DNA of 64,000 nt from an uncultured Alphaproteobacteria bacterium (GTDB lineage: Bacteria > Pseudomonadota > Alphaproteobacteria > Rs-D84), in contig CALXMY010000004.1 of the NCBI GenBank assembly GCA_944389595.1, forward strand, positions 29 through 64,028, written 5' to 3'. Below the pieces are notes generated by a model, which was not told the DNA's origin, searched no databases, and saw nothing but the letters and a program-made list of their open reading frames with translations. How positions within the stretch are numbered: the stretch's first letter is position 1; each line of letters begins with the position of its first letter. This document shows positions 50,144 to 60,714 of this stretch, one piece after another. The position numbers were made by a program, and so were the translations under genes.

Positions 50144-51004
50144 TTATTTTTCTTTACTTATAATCGATTTTACACAATGGTTGTTTGAGTTTGCTTTCGT
50201 TTTCAATTTCTCCAAAAACTGGTAATCCAGCATTTCCTCTGTTGGTTTATCTTGTTCTTTACGCCATTCTTTTCTGTTTACCTGTTTTTGTGAATATATT
50301 TTGCCGGTAGCCCCCAAACAATATTTACAAGCAGATAGAGGACTCTTACATGTAATGTATTTCTCTAACGCAGCTTTTAAGTCTGGTGTATTTAAAACAT
50401 CTATACCATCTGCGAACAAGGTTTTTATCGCCTTTAAAGTGTGTGCTTGGGGACATTTATAAAAGTATCCATCTTCCAAATTGTAGCATTTCCACACATT
50501 AGCAATCAAGCAAGTTTTATATATCTGATCCGTTAAAGCAGAATTCGTAGTCCCTTGTTCAGAATAAGGTTCTCTGAATGCCTCAAAATCTAATACTACT
50601 AGCTTACAAGCACCCTTTGTTAATTCGTGAATATATTCTATATTTATGCCTGTTTGATGATCCGAGACCTCTAAAACATCAACTGAACACAGGATGTCTT
50701 TGTGCTTGTCATTGATTAAAGTTCCATTAGATACAATTGTTATACTGTCGCAAATTTTGCTTTCCCTGACGATATTTATAATTTCCTGTAAGTTTGGTGA
50801 CAAAAACGGTTCCCCACCCAGTAAGCGCACTGTTTCACAATGAAAAACATCACTCAGTCTATTTAAGGACAAACGCAATTTTTCTGTATCAAAATTGTGT
50901 TGTATACAAATTGGTGACAAGTGGCTACACCCCTTGCATGACAGATTACATCTGTTCGTTACATTTATTTCCAATTTTTCTGAAATAATCTTGCTTTTTT
51001 CCAT
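50144..51004 (-). CDS. Radical SAM enzyme with a C-terminal Cys-rich (SPASM/auxiliary-cluster-like) region
   Basis: CNLSCKGC (CxxxCxxC) near the N-terminus, and later C...CKSPLSACKYC. ATG at 51004; the track start 51046 is TTG. Confidence 0.75.
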   Translation of the reverse strand: MEKSKIISEKLEINVTNRCNLSCKGCSHLSPICIQHNFDTEKLRLSLNRLSDVFHCETVRLLGGEPFLSPNLQEIINIVRESKICDSITIVSNGTLINDKHKDILCSVDVLEVSDHQTGINIEYIHELTKGACKLVVLDFEAFREPYSEQGTTNSALTDQIYKTCLIANVWKCYNLEDGYFYKCPQAHTLKAIKTLFADGIDVLNTPDLKAALEKYITCKSPLSACKYCLGATGKIYSQKQVNRKEWRKEQDKPTEEMLDYQFLEKLKTKANSNNHCVKSIISKEK

Positions 51005-51027
51005 ATTTGTTATAAAATCCTTGTTAA

Positions 51028-52509
51028 ATGATTGAAAAGATTTCAAAAAAAATTATAAATCATAATAATGATTATGGCAAGTTAGAAAGCCAATTTTTTT
51101 CTTGCGGATATGGTCAACTAGTAAAAGCCCCCTACGATTCCCTTAAGATCCCTTATTCTGGACAACCTGTAACGATTTCTATTTTGATTCCGTGTCATAA
51201 TTCTGTGAAGACGATCAGGCATTGCATTCAACACATTTCGACAAATTCATACGTTATAAAATATCCATCTGCAGTTGAGGTTATTGTTGTAGATGACGGT
51301 TCAAACGATAAAACATTTGATGTGTTAACCGAGCTTTCCTGTCCTATGAAGGTTTTAGTCATAAAACAAGACCAACGCTATCGTAGCGGTGCATTAAACA
51401 CAGCTCTTTATCATGCATCTAATGATTTTATTTTGACCTGTGATTCTGATATGTGTTTGGACACTTTCTGTATTGAAGAAGCTGCTAAACGACTACAAGT
51501 TCTTGGCGAGAAAGCATTATTTGTCGGCTTCAGAGAAGATATTTCATTAGATAAACTGTCGAAACAAAAAGTACGTAGTCCACATTTTTGGAAAGATAAT
51601 CGTTTTTGTTTTGATTTTAGTCTGATTGACCCTGAAAATATGTTTGCTTTAACAGATGCCTATAAAAGCTTAGGAAAAAACAAGAAAATCTACATTAACA
51701 GCAAAAATGGTATAAATAGAGATGTCTGGACGTTGCCACGTATGGCTTACGGCTGTCTATTTGCTTGTGATCGACAATTTTTTCTGGATATAGGTGGATA
51801 CAATGAAACATTTCGTGGCTGGGGATATGAGGATACTTTGATTGGAGCACTGGCTATATCCATGGGGAAATACATAGTTCCTGTGCCTAGTATGTGTGGA
51901 TTTCATATATCGCATCATGTAGATATGAATACAGTTAGGAACACGCCAAACAAACATCTTTATCAAGAACTCGTTACTGCCCCACAATACATAGTTTTTG
52001 ACTATATTCAACAAAGTAGGAAATTTGTGAAGGATTCTATTGTTTTGTCGCAAAGAGAGTCTGCCCCGTTAAAAAAAATATCCCAGCGCAAATCGGATAA
52101 TTATCATTTTTATCTGGGAGAATATAGACTTATAAAATCGGGGAAACATTATCCAAAAAGTTTATTCTACTCTGGGGCACATAAACTATTGTTAGAGTTG
52201 TTTCCAAACTGCATCTATTCTTGTTTTGTGCATATTGCTATGAAGAACTTTGAAAAGGCCACTTCTTGTTTTGCAAACAATTCCAGCAAAGAAAAAGCTT
52301 ATCTAGATAGCATAGATATTGAAAAGCTATTGACGACAGCCAATTTATGGTATTCCCAGGATAGTGTTTTACTTGCTTTTCAGTATTTTTCCTTGTATGG
52401 TTTATACAAAGGTTTTGGTGCAAAATTAAAACGAATAATTAAACGTTGTATTCAAAAGCTTACAAAAAAAGGTAATAATGAAATTTCATGGTGCACCGGA
52501 ACGTTTTGA
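51028..52509 (+). CDS. Family 2 glycosyltransferase with a roughly 150-aa helical (TPR-like?) C-terminal extension
   Basis: ISILIPCHN...VIVVDDGSNDKT...CDSDM (DxD) is typical GT-A/GT2. Confidence 0.8.
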   Translation: MIEKISKKIINHNNDYGKLESQFFSCGYGQLVKAPYDSLKIPYSGQPVTISILIPCHNSVKTIRHCIQHISTNSYVIKYPSAVEVIVVDDGSNDKTFDVLTELSCPMKVLVIKQDQRYRSGALNTALYHASNDFILTCDSDMCLDTFCIEEAAKRLQVLGEKALFVGFREDISLDKLSKQKVRSPHFWKDNRFCFDFSLIDPENMFALTDAYKSLGKNKKIYINSKNGINRDVWTLPRMAYGCLFACDRQFFLDIGGYNETFRGWGYEDTLIGALAISMGKYIVPVPSMCGFHISHHVDMNTVRNTPNKHLYQELVTAPQYIVFDYIQQSRKFVKDSIVLSQRESAPLKKISQRKSDNYHFYLGEYRLIKSGKHYPKSLFYSGAHKLLLELFPNCIYSCFVHIAMKNFEKATSCFANNSSKEKAYLDSIDIEKLLTTANLWYSQDSVLLAFQYFSLYGLYKGFGAKLKRIIKRCIQKLTKKGNNEISWCTGTF

Positions 52510-52963
52510 AGCAGTTGCTGATCTGGTAGGTAGACATTTTGATACGAATAAAATCAAGTACGTAGCAGACGTTGCTGGGGGGCAAGGAATGCTCAGCAGA
52601 ATTCTGCGTAAAAGATATAACTGTGAATGCGATGTTATAGATCCTAGAGAATACGGCATTGTAGGTGTAAACAGACGTGTTGAATGTTATGTTCCAGACA
52701 TGGCCACTTTTTATGATTTGATTATTGGTTTACACCCTGATCAGGCTTTGCGCCCAGTAGTAGAATCTTCATTATATAGACCAACCATAGTTGTCCCTTG
52801 TTGTAATTACTGGTCTGCAGAAAAGATGGGTGCAAAGTTGATGCGCCAAAGTATTGAAGAATGGTACAAAGCACACAATATCAGATATGTTGTAGAAGAA
52901 TTAAAAATTGATACACCACATAGGTTCGCCTTAATAACTTTTGGTCCAAAAATAAAAGGATAA
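52478..52963 (+). CDS. Small SAM-dependent methyltransferase-like protein (161 aa) with an HPDQA...VPCC signature resembling Trm44-type RNA 2'-O-methyltransferases
   Basis: VADVAGGQGML (motif I-like) and LIIGLHPDQA...TIVVPCCNYW. The family assignment is from memory of the motif only. Confidence 0.45.
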   Translation: MKFHGAPERFEAVADLVGRHFDTNKIKYVADVAGGQGMLSRILRKRYNCECDVIDPREYGIVGVNRRVECYVPDMATFYDLIIGLHPDQALRPVVESSLYRPTIVVPCCNYWSAEKMGAKLMRQSIEEWYKAHNIRYVVEELKIDTPHRFALITFGPKIKG

Positions 52964-52967
52964 AGAT

Positions 52968-53924
52968 ATGGAAAAAACGATCTTAATATTTAGAATCAAA
53001 ACATCCAGATTGAAAGCCCGTAGTTTGGCTCTTGAGGAAGTTAAATCTTTCTTATCAGATGTTGAAAATGTAGAAGTGGTCATTGGTGGGCCTTTATCCA
53101 CAGAAAAAGGGATTATTGCCGCATATCTGCCAAAAAATTTTGATACCGATGTTCTTGCACCTGACTTTTCTAGACTTGGATACATTCAACAAGTTGACCA
53201 AATGGTTCAAGAACAAAGAGAATCGAAAAATACAATTAAATGGAAAGGTGCTTTTTATTCTTTGGAAACTATTTATGAAGAAGACAAAGAAGAAGTAAGA
53301 AATCAGGCACCAGATAAAAGGCGTTTTTTATTACCAGATCCTACGGGTACTTTACGTTATGTTAACGGTTATCGTGGCGATGGAACAGAAACGGGGAAAC
53401 GCGCCTTGCCTGTTGAAGACTGCAAGTTTATGCTTAATTTATCTAAGATCAAACGTGGCCAAAAAGTCTTGGATCCGTTTGCTGGTGCTGGTGGTATAGT
53501 CTTTGCAGCAGTCCAGGCTGGGTTGGATGTATATAGTTCCGACATAGATCCAAAGATGCAGTATGGCTTAAGGGATTTTGGATCTAAACACCATGTAGCA
53601 GATATTCAAAAACTACCATTTGACAATAATTTCTTTGATTCTGTAGTTACCGAAGCACCATTTGATACAAATGTTACTGGAAATGTCGCAGAGGGGCTGG
53701 CCGAAATGCAACGTGTTATTAAGCCATCTGGTTATATCATATTGATGGTGGCTGATCATCAGGTAGAGCAAATCCGCAAGAAGGCTGCTACTTTGGGATT
53801 AGAAACATATGTTGATCAACCCCTGGATCGTAAAGGAACAGCAGTTCATATTTTCGGCCTAAAAAAAAAGCAACTGAATCAAAATGAGCTTATGAGAGCT
53901 TTCGCAGATACTTACGGGAGATAA
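52968..53924 (+). CDS. Trm11/RlmL (UPF0020)-like SAM-dependent methyltransferase with an N-terminal extra domain and a degenerate motif IV (EAPF)
   Basis: ...CKFMLNLSKIKRGQKVLDPFAGAGGIVFAA... and ...VVTEAPFD... Confidence 0.5.
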   Translation: MEKTILIFRIKTSRLKARSLALEEVKSFLSDVENVEVVIGGPLSTEKGIIAAYLPKNFDTDVLAPDFSRLGYIQQVDQMVQEQRESKNTIKWKGAFYSLETIYEEDKEEVRNQAPDKRRFLLPDPTGTLRYVNGYRGDGTETGKRALPVEDCKFMLNLSKIKRGQKVLDPFAGAGGIVFAAVQAGLDVYSSDIDPKMQYGLRDFGSKHHVADIQKLPFDNNFFDSVVTEAPFDTNVTGNVAEGLAEMQRVIKPSGYIILMVADHQVEQIRKKAATLGLETYVDQPLDRKGTAVHIFGLKKKQLNQNELMRAFADTYGR

Positions 53925-53928
53925 GTTC

Positions 53929-55074
53929 ATGAAAAACATTCTTGTATACCTATATTACCCATTTGTTTCACAACATTTATCTGGTGGTGTACAAATAATA
54001 ATGCGCAAGGTTTTAGAGGAGTTGTCCGGGCATGGGTTCTGTTTTCGTGTTTTATGTCCCAAAATTAAAAATTCTGCTGACGTATTAAACATTAGGGGTG
54101 TGGAGGTATTTCCTGTTCTTAACGACTTTCAAAACAATCGAAATTACGCAGAATTGTCTGAAAACTTTTCTATAATTAACAAACATATTGGTTGGGCAGA
54201 CGTTGTCTGGACAATAGATAGAAATGTACCGATAAAAACGGATAAACCAATAATTCTGTCCTTGAATGCACATTGGTATGCTACGAATCAAAATGCACTA
54301 TTTTCCATGAACTGGGACAAGGTTATTGCATTGAGTGATTATTCTAAGGACATATTAGAAAAAACTATTAAACCTGCCTGCTGGCACGGAAACTCTGTAC
54401 CAACAATTGAAGGAATATCGCCAGTTCTTAGCGAAATATTGTATAAACGACAAGATTGTTCTTGTTTGAGTAAGTATTTTGACTACAACCCCGAAAAAAA
54501 ATATATCCTGTTTCCGCACAGACCAGATAAGGGAAAAGGACACAAAAGAGCGATAGACGTTCTTAAATCTTTATGCGCAAAAGACTCTAACTATGTGTTG
54601 TTAATTCCTGGGATTGCCACTCTCTCAGAAAAGCTAAAAAGTATTGAAGCGACCATTATTGAAGATGCCTTAACTTATGCACAAGATATAGGTGTACGTG
54701 ACAACGTAATTTTGCACGATTGGATTCAATATGACGATTTGCCTTATTTCTATTCTGCAGGGACAGCTACTCTTATTGCCTCTGATCTAGAAGAAACATT
54801 TGGCATGACTCTAACAGATTCTATATTGTGCGGTTGTCCAGTTGTTAGCACCGGTTCTGGGGCCTTAAGGTTCACTGTTCCTGACGGTTTAGGACACAAG
54901 ATAGTAGATTATAATAAACCAGACGATGTAGCGAACACTATAATATCTGGCATTCCTGGCATTGCTGATGGAATCATATACATAAAATCTACATACAATA
55001 CTGATAAAATTATAAGCCAATATAAAAATTTGTTTGAAACGGCACAAAAAACGGATGGAGTTTATTATGAATAA
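53929..55074 (+). CDS. GT-B fold glycosyltransferase (family 4/1-like)
   Basis: The C-terminal ...DLEETFGMTLTDSILCGCPVV... fits the EX7E region. 381 aa. Confidence 0.75.
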   Translation: MKNILVYLYYPFVSQHLSGGVQIIMRKVLEELSGHGFCFRVLCPKIKNSADVLNIRGVEVFPVLNDFQNNRNYAELSENFSIINKHIGWADVVWTIDRNVPIKTDKPIILSLNAHWYATNQNALFSMNWDKVIALSDYSKDILEKTIKPACWHGNSVPTIEGISPVLSEILYKRQDCSCLSKYFDYNPEKKYILFPHRPDKGKGHKRAIDVLKSLCAKDSNYVLLIPGIATLSEKLKSIEATIIEDALTYAQDIGVRDNVILHDWIQYDDLPYFYSAGTATLIASDLEETFGMTLTDSILCGCPVVSTGSGALRFTVPDGLGHKIVDYNKPDDVANTIISGIPGIADGIIYIKSTYNTDKIISQYKNLFETAQKTDGVYYE

Positions 55075-56998
55075 AAAACCGAAAGTTAATATCATTACAG
55101 TGACATTGAATCGCCCATCTTTAGTTCAAGCCTGTAAAAGTGTCGATGAACAAACATACAAAAATTGGCATCATTTTGTTCTTGGAGATGGTGTATTACC
55201 GGACGAACTACGTCATCCAAATCGCAGTGTTTTTGGCTTTTCTCATGCATATGGGAAAGAAGAGCCCGGCTTAAACATGCCTGACGGGACTCCCAATCCT
55301 TTGCAACGCTGGGCCTTAAACAACCTGAAATTGGATGAATACTTTTGTTTTTTAGACGACGACAATATATACGATAAAAATTTCCTAAAAAAAATGGTCG
55401 CTACCATTGAAAGTAATCCGGATATTGGTTGTGTATTGTGTGGCGTAAAAGATCAAAGACATTTCCAAAATATCACAGGAGAACCTATTCTGGGAAGATG
55501 TGATAACAGCGGTGTTATCTTTCGCACAAAACTGGCAACGAAAATTGAATTTCCACACGCATCGTTGGACAAGAACGTTGTTCAGGATGTTGAATTCATT
55601 CAAAAGGTTTCAAAGAAATTTGGTTGGAGACAATTAAGTGAAACCCTAGTGACATTTGGGTCTGCTCCAAATGTGCCTACCGTACGTGGAGGAATAAAAT
55701 TGTTGTCTTCGTGGGAATTACCACTGTTCGCATTTAAAAAATTAAAAGAGGGAAAAATATCAGATGCCATTCAAGATTTGCTAACTTCTCTTCAAATAGA
55801 CCCATTGGACGGTTATGCCCTTTGGAGATTAGCAGAAGCATATGCTGTTTCTGGCAACATAAAAAAATCAAAAGAGTGTTTACGGAAGTGGATTCATCTT
55901 GCGGAAGAATCACATTGTTTCTCTCATCATTTTATTACTTTTTGTTGCGGCCTATCCTACAAGGCTTTGAATCTTCCAACAAAAAATCTGTTTAAAAAGG
56001 CTATTGAGACAATTGATACTTCTACCATATCAGAACAACTTAGTTGTGAGTGGTATAGGATTGTTTCCAATGAAAAAAGAGATATTAAATTTTATTCTCA
56101 GATATTGCAACAAATAGAATCCGACTCTACAAAAATTCAGAACGCACTATGGAAAGCTCGTGTTGCTGCAAAACTGTTCCCACGGCAACAAAACATACAG
56201 GCTGCTTATGAATTGCTGCACAATTATTATTACAACAAGGAAATCACTGTCTTAACAATTACTCGTGGTCGCCCTAAATTATTAGCTCGTGCAATTGATT
56301 CTGTTAAAGCACAAGAAAATGCAAGAAATGTTAACCATTTGATAATTATTGACGATTGCAAAGAAACACTTAATTTCCTGGAAACAAATTATCATACTGA
56401 TGATAGCATTCAGTGGGAATTTGTAAAACGAACTTCCAGGGAAGTCAACGGTCCGGCACGAATTGCCCGGTTACGTAACAAAGGCATCAATAGTGTTCAC
56501 ACCAAATATTTGGCAATGTTGGACGATGATAATGAATATACCCCAGATCATCTTAAGACACTGTTAAACCTGGCAAAGACTGAAAATTTGCTGGCTGTTC
56601 ATTCTTGGAGACGCTTGTTCACATTTGATGGGAAACCTTTTACCGATAACTTTTGGCCATGGGAAACGGATAAAACATCCCAAAAAGCCAAATATAAGGA
56701 TTATGTGAAACGTGGTATTGTAGATCAAGATTCCAATATTCTTCGTGATGGTTTTGATAATAATACGGTAGATACCAGTGCATGGTTGCTAGAAACCAAA
56801 ACTATGCAAAGCTTACTATTTCCAGAAAAATACTCCGCTGATGACATAGCAAAGAATATTGTTGAGGACAAAAAGTTTTATCAGATAATATCTTCTAGAC
56901 CAAATATTAAAATCGGCACAACAAAAAAGTGTACCTTAAAATACTACCTTGGTGGCTATTCAACTGATTTTAATAAGTCATTAAAACGCACAAAATAG
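55067..56998 (+). CDS. Dual-domain glycosyltransferase: two GT2-like domains joined by a TPR-like helical linker
   Basis: ATG at 55067 overlaps the upstream stop (ATGAATAA). Domain 1: NIITVTLNRP...FLDDDN. Domain 2: TVLTITRGRP...LIIIDDC...MLDDDNEY. Linker: ...ALWRLAEAYAVSGNIKKSKECLRKWIHLAE... Confidence 0.7.
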   Translation: MNKKPKVNIITVTLNRPSLVQACKSVDEQTYKNWHHFVLGDGVLPDELRHPNRSVFGFSHAYGKEEPGLNMPDGTPNPLQRWALNNLKLDEYFCFLDDDNIYDKNFLKKMVATIESNPDIGCVLCGVKDQRHFQNITGEPILGRCDNSGVIFRTKLATKIEFPHASLDKNVVQDVEFIQKVSKKFGWRQLSETLVTFGSAPNVPTVRGGIKLLSSWELPLFAFKKLKEGKISDAIQDLLTSLQIDPLDGYALWRLAEAYAVSGNIKKSKECLRKWIHLAEESHCFSHHFITFCCGLSYKALNLPTKNLFKKAIETIDTSTISEQLSCEWYRIVSNEKRDIKFYSQILQQIESDSTKIQNALWKARVAAKLFPRQQNIQAAYELLHNYYYNKEITVLTITRGRPKLLARAIDSVKAQENARNVNHLIIIDDCKETLNFLETNYHTDDSIQWEFVKRTSREVNGPARIARLRNKGINSVHTKYLAMLDDDNEYTPDHLKTLLNLAKTENLLAVHSWRRLFTFDGKPFTDNFWPWETDKTSQKAKYKDYVKRGIVDQDSNILRDGFDNNTVDTSAWLLETKTMQSLLFPEKYSADDIAKNIVEDKKFYQIISSRPNIKIGTTKKCTLKYYLGGYSTDFNKSLKRTK

Positions 56999-57000
56999 AA

Positions 57001-57948
57001 TTAAATAACGGTTTTAAAGTAATCTATTGTGCTTTTTAACCCCTCAGACAAACTCGTTGTGGGGTTCCATTTTAGTTTTGCCTTAGCAATTGTGATATCC
57101 GGTTTTCTTCTGTTTGGATCATCCGCATCACGTAATGAGTGTTTAGATACTATCTTTGAGGTGGTTTTCGTCATACGAACAACCTTTTCAGCCAATTTCT
57201 TTATAGTAAGTTCTTCTGGGTTCCCTATGTTTATCGGTCCTGTTACACTCTTTGAAGAATTCATCAGTTTTATAAGTCCGCTTATCAAATCATCAACATA
57301 GCAAAAACTACGAGTCTGCTCGCCAGAACCATATATAACAATATCTTTATTGGTAAGTGCCTGCACAATAAAGTTTGAAATGACTCTGCCATCATTTTTA
57401 TTCATCTTTGGACCATAAGCATTAAAAATTCGTGCAATTTTTATTTTGGCATTTTTGTGTCTGTAATAATCAAACATCAATGTTTCTGCGCATCTTTTTC
57501 CCTCATCATAACACGCTCTGTCACCGATGGGATTAACATTACCCCAATATGTTTCCTTTTGGGGATGCTGTAATGGATCGCCGTATATTTCGGAAGTAGA
57601 AGCTTGTAGGATGGTTGCATCGTTTTTTATTGCCAACTCTAATACATTTATCATACCGATCGTACATGTCTTTGTAGTCAGAATACTATGCGACCCCTTA
57701 TAAGCAGCAGGGCTTGCGGGACATGCAAGATTATAAATTTGATCAATATGAGCTCGAATCTTGATTGGTTCAATTATGTCGTGTAAAACAAACCTAAAAT
57801 TAGGGTGTCGCTTTAATTCTTTTATGTTTTCTACACTACCGGTATAGTTATTGTCCAAACAGATAACCTTATTACCTTGTCGTAATAATCTTTCACACAG
57901 ATTACTGCCTATAAATCCCGTACCACCAGTAACTAAAATTGTTTTCAT
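57001..57948 (-). CDS. UDP-glucuronate decarboxylase (UDP-xylose synthase)-like SDR
   Basis: [17 protein letters not shown]... and [12 protein letters not shown] (the YDEGKR.AE signature of UXS/ArnA-decarboxylase-type enzymes). Confidence 0.75.
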   Translation of the reverse strand: MKTILVTGGTGFIGSNLCERLLRQGNKVICLDNNYTGSVENIKELKRHPNFRFVLHDIIEPIKIRAHIDQIYNLACPASPAAYKGSHSILTTKTCTIGMINVLELAIKNDATILQASTSEIYGDPLQHPQKETYWGNVNPIGDRACYDEGKRCAETLMFDYYRHKNAKIKIARIFNAYGPKMNKNDGRVISNFIVQALTNKDIVIYGSGEQTRSFCYVDDLISGLIKLMNSSKSVTGPINIGNPEELTIKKLAEKVVRMTKTTSKIVSKHSLRDADDPNRRKPDITIAKAKLKWNPTTSLSEGLKSTIDYFKTVI

Positions 57949-57958
57949 AAAGCCCCCA

Positions 57959-59092
57959 TCATATATTTATTAAAGTTCTTAAGTTGATTAAACTTTCTTC
58001 TTCTTGTTTTTGTTTCTTCTTCAATAATCCCTTACAAATTCGTTTGTAATTTCTTCGACTTAGTTTTATGGCACTTATAACAGCATTTTCTAATTCATCG
58101 TTTTTATATAACACTGCATTTTCTTCGGAAAAACCATGTTTAGCCGCAAAAAAATCGTTCACTATTACGGGTTTAACAAAGCCCACGGATAGTCCAAAGG
58201 AACCACTCGTCTTGTTCGTTGTATAATCAGATATGTGTTGTTTATTTTTCTCTGACAGCAAGGCTAGAATAAAATCAGATTTTTTTACAATCTCATATAA
58301 TTGAGCATTCGTCACATCACCCCAAATAGAGACGTTATTTGAATATTTTACAAATTCTGGTGACAATTCTTCTTGTCCAACACGCCCGACAATATTCAGA
58401 TGAAAATCTGTTACACCGGATTTGTTTAGTTTTTCTAATATGCGCAATAGAAGACTCATGTCCCTACATTTAGCATCAAATCTGCCAGCGACAAGAAAAT
58501 GTGTTTGTTTGTTCTTCTTTGATATTTTCGTGTTTGAGTACAAAGTCGGTGATATATAAGGTACGGAAATGTTTTTACTATAAGGAAATTTGTGTAATGC
58601 TACAGCGTGTGATAGAAATCCTTTTCTTTCTTTTGGTAATGTTAAAGTCTTGAAACGTTCCCATTGATGCTCAATGAAAAAGATATTATTTTTTGTGAAC
58701 TTGGAACAAAAGTTGTCTTTGAACAACTTTGGATAATACACCCCTGTAAAATCGTCTGTTGATGTCAAGAAAATATATTTATAACGCCGCATATTGCATC
58801 TAAATAGCTCATCGCTTAACGCTGCCGGCAAAAACAGATGAAAAATTCTAACCCTATGTTCATTTAACAATACGTTTTTCAATAAATCATTTGTGTAATT
58901 CTTATCACTAACAACAACATCAACATGGAAACCCATTTTTAAGAAATAATTTACAACAGGTGGAATAACCTCGCCATGCCAGTTGGTTGGTTCTATAACC
59001 AAAACGGATTTATCAGGTACATCTGATTCAATCATTGGCATTATGCCATGATATCGTAAAAGTTTATCTCTTATAGTCAACAAATCTGTCAT
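57959..59092 (-). CDS. Putative glycosyltransferase (GT-B-like C-terminal half); otherwise hypothetical
   Basis: ...[26 protein letters not shown]...HLNIVGRVG... resembles the GT1/GT4 C-domain. The support is weak. Confidence 0.4.
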   Translation of the reverse strand: MTDLLTIRDKLLRYHGIMPMIESDVPDKSVLVIEPTNWHGEVIPPVVNYFLKMGFHVDVVVSDKNYTNDLLKNVLLNEHRVRIFHLFLPAALSDELFRCNMRRYKYIFLTSTDDFTGVYYPKLFKDNFCSKFTKNNIFFIEHQWERFKTLTLPKERKGFLSHAVALHKFPYSKNISVPYISPTLYSNTKISKKNKQTHFLVAGRFDAKCRDMSLLLRILEKLNKSGVTDFHLNIVGRVGQEELSPEFVKYSNNVSIWGDVTNAQLYEIVKKSDFILALLSEKNKQHISDYTTNKTSGSFGLSVGFVKPVIVNDFFAAKHGFSEENAVLYKNDELENAVISAIKLSRRNYKRICKGLLKKKQKQEEESLINLRTLINI

Positions 59093-59265
59093 TTGGCTGT
59101 CTTTTGTTTAATGTTTGAACTAGATTTTGAGACCATCCTTATAACAGACGGTTCTTCAGATAGTCTAAAATCCAAAATCCCTTTTTGACTTATATTCTTC
59201 TTTATAAAATGTCTTATGTCTTTTAATGTTGTTCCGTCAGCGGTCATTATAAATGTAACATTCAT
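59089..59265 (-). CDS. Small hypothetical protein (58 aa) coupled by ATGA overlaps to both neighbours
   Basis: Hand translation gives [58 protein letters not shown]. tcat overlaps lie at 59262-59265 and 59089-59092. Confidence 0.45.
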   Translation of the reverse strand: MNVTFIMTADGTTLKDIRHFIKKNISQKGILDFRLSEEPSVIRMVSKSSSNIKQKTAK

Positions 59266-60686
59266 AGCACTTCCTTTAATGTAACAGATGCAAAATCTTT
59301 TACATTCATCTGAAACCGATTGTATTTTGTTGGGACTTTTAATTTATTTTTTGAGAATATAGCTATCGGTTTAAATGGATTCCTTTCCAATAATACATCT
59401 AATTCTTGTGCGGAACGAATTGTATGCATCTGAATACCAAGAGCAGATCGTTCTACCAACGCAGCTTTCCTATCATCATATTTTTTATTCTTGTTGATAT
59501 ATAAGACAATTGTTGGCTTATCATTCCCATATCCAGGTGCCATGTCTATAAATACATTGTCTGGCAATTTTGTACCAGGTGTCAACATTAACAATGGTAT
59601 GCCTGATTTGAATGATGCAAAATTTACAATGTGCTGAGCAATTTGTGACGAATGATTATCTAGCTTTCTTTTTACTCTTGCTGTTTTAATTATTTGTTTA
59701 AGAAGATTACACAATGTGTCATCATTATAATCTGTTGGTAAAGAATGCACATTGGTATATCTATTTTGCAATTGCTTTATCCATTCTTCTTGTTGTTCCA
59801 AATATGAAACGCTTGGGATCAACAACAAATCCGCATTCCCCGATAAAGATTCAAATACAGCATTATACCCAGGCCTTAGAACACATACCTTGGATATGGC
59901 AAACAAAGCAGGTAAATTTGGTTCAAATTCTACGATCCTAACATTTTTTATATTGCTCGGCACAACAATCTCATCTTTATAGTTACTCCCTTTGACTATA
60001 ACTATCATACATTGCTTTAACTTAGGTGCAATAGAGATGGCAGCAGAAAACAATTTTTTACAAAACCCCTCTCCAAAATGTTCTCCGCCAGCACCTGCAT
60101 TAAAGACGATCAGGTTATCATTATGCGGATATCGGTTTGCAACGTCCCTAATTTCCTGTTTGGTTGGCTTATAGAATACAGGCCCCATAAATTTGACTTT
60201 TTCTTCATACTCCAACCACAAACGCAATTTTGGGTTAGCAACGTCATTAAATAATTCTTGCTTAGATTGCAGAAAAACTACCTTATCAAAGCGATCAAAC
60301 TTTTTATTGTCTAGCATCGACACCAATGCATTTTCTTCTATTCTGCGCATAATAAGAACTTTGTGCCGATACTTAAGGGACGGCACTTGTTCATACACAG
60401 GATCTGGGTCTGTGTCCTCTATAACAATATCTGGACTAACCTCTGTTACTATTGTATCTATCAGTTGTTTTAGAAATATTTCTGATAAATTGGATGGTAA
60501 TCTGTGCATAAACGGTATATTAAAAACCACAAATCCCTTGTTTTCAAACAAATCTGTAGATTTGGCTTGGGTTATAAAAAAAACATGGTGTCCCATTTTA
60601 CGCAAATCTTCCGCAATAACCAACGCCCTACGAAAATGCCCAAACCCTATGCCGTTTTTTAATAAAAATAATATTTTGTGTTGCAT
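59262..60686 (-). CDS. GT-B fold glycosyltransferase, MurG/PseG(SpsG)-like N-terminus
   Basis: ATG at 60686. MQHKILFLLKNGIGFGHFRRALVIAEDLRKMGH... matches the G-x-G-x-GH..R motif of that group. Confidence 0.6.
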   Translation of the reverse strand: MQHKILFLLKNGIGFGHFRRALVIAEDLRKMGHHVFFITQAKSTDLFENKGFVVFNIPFMHRLPSNLSEIFLKQLIDTIVTEVSPDIVIEDTDPDPVYEQVPSLKYRHKVLIMRRIEENALVSMLDNKKFDRFDKVVFLQSKQELFNDVANPKLRLWLEYEEKVKFMGPVFYKPTKQEIRDVANRYPHNDNLIVFNAGAGGEHFGEGFCKKLFSAAISIAPKLKQCMIVIVKGSNYKDEIVVPSNIKNVRIVEFEPNLPALFAISKVCVLRPGYNAVFESLSGNADLLLIPSVSYLEQQEEWIKQLQNRYTNVHSLPTDYNDDTLCNLLKQIIKTARVKRKLDNHSSQIAQHIVNFASFKSGIPLLMLTPGTKLPDNVFIDMAPGYGNDKPTIVLYINKNKKYDDRKAALVERSALGIQMHTIRSAQELDVLLERNPFKPIAIFSKNKLKVPTKYNRFQMNVKDFASVTLKEVL

Positions 60687-60714
60687 ATTCAATATCTTGT
60701 TGTATATATATAGT

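Noticed and set aside
60193-60714. N-terminal 174 aa of the track ORF 60193-61410
   Set aside because: This part is antisense to the 59262-60686 GT gene and is Ser/Leu/Cys-rich shadow sequence. The deacetylase-like homology begins at the internal ATG 60715.
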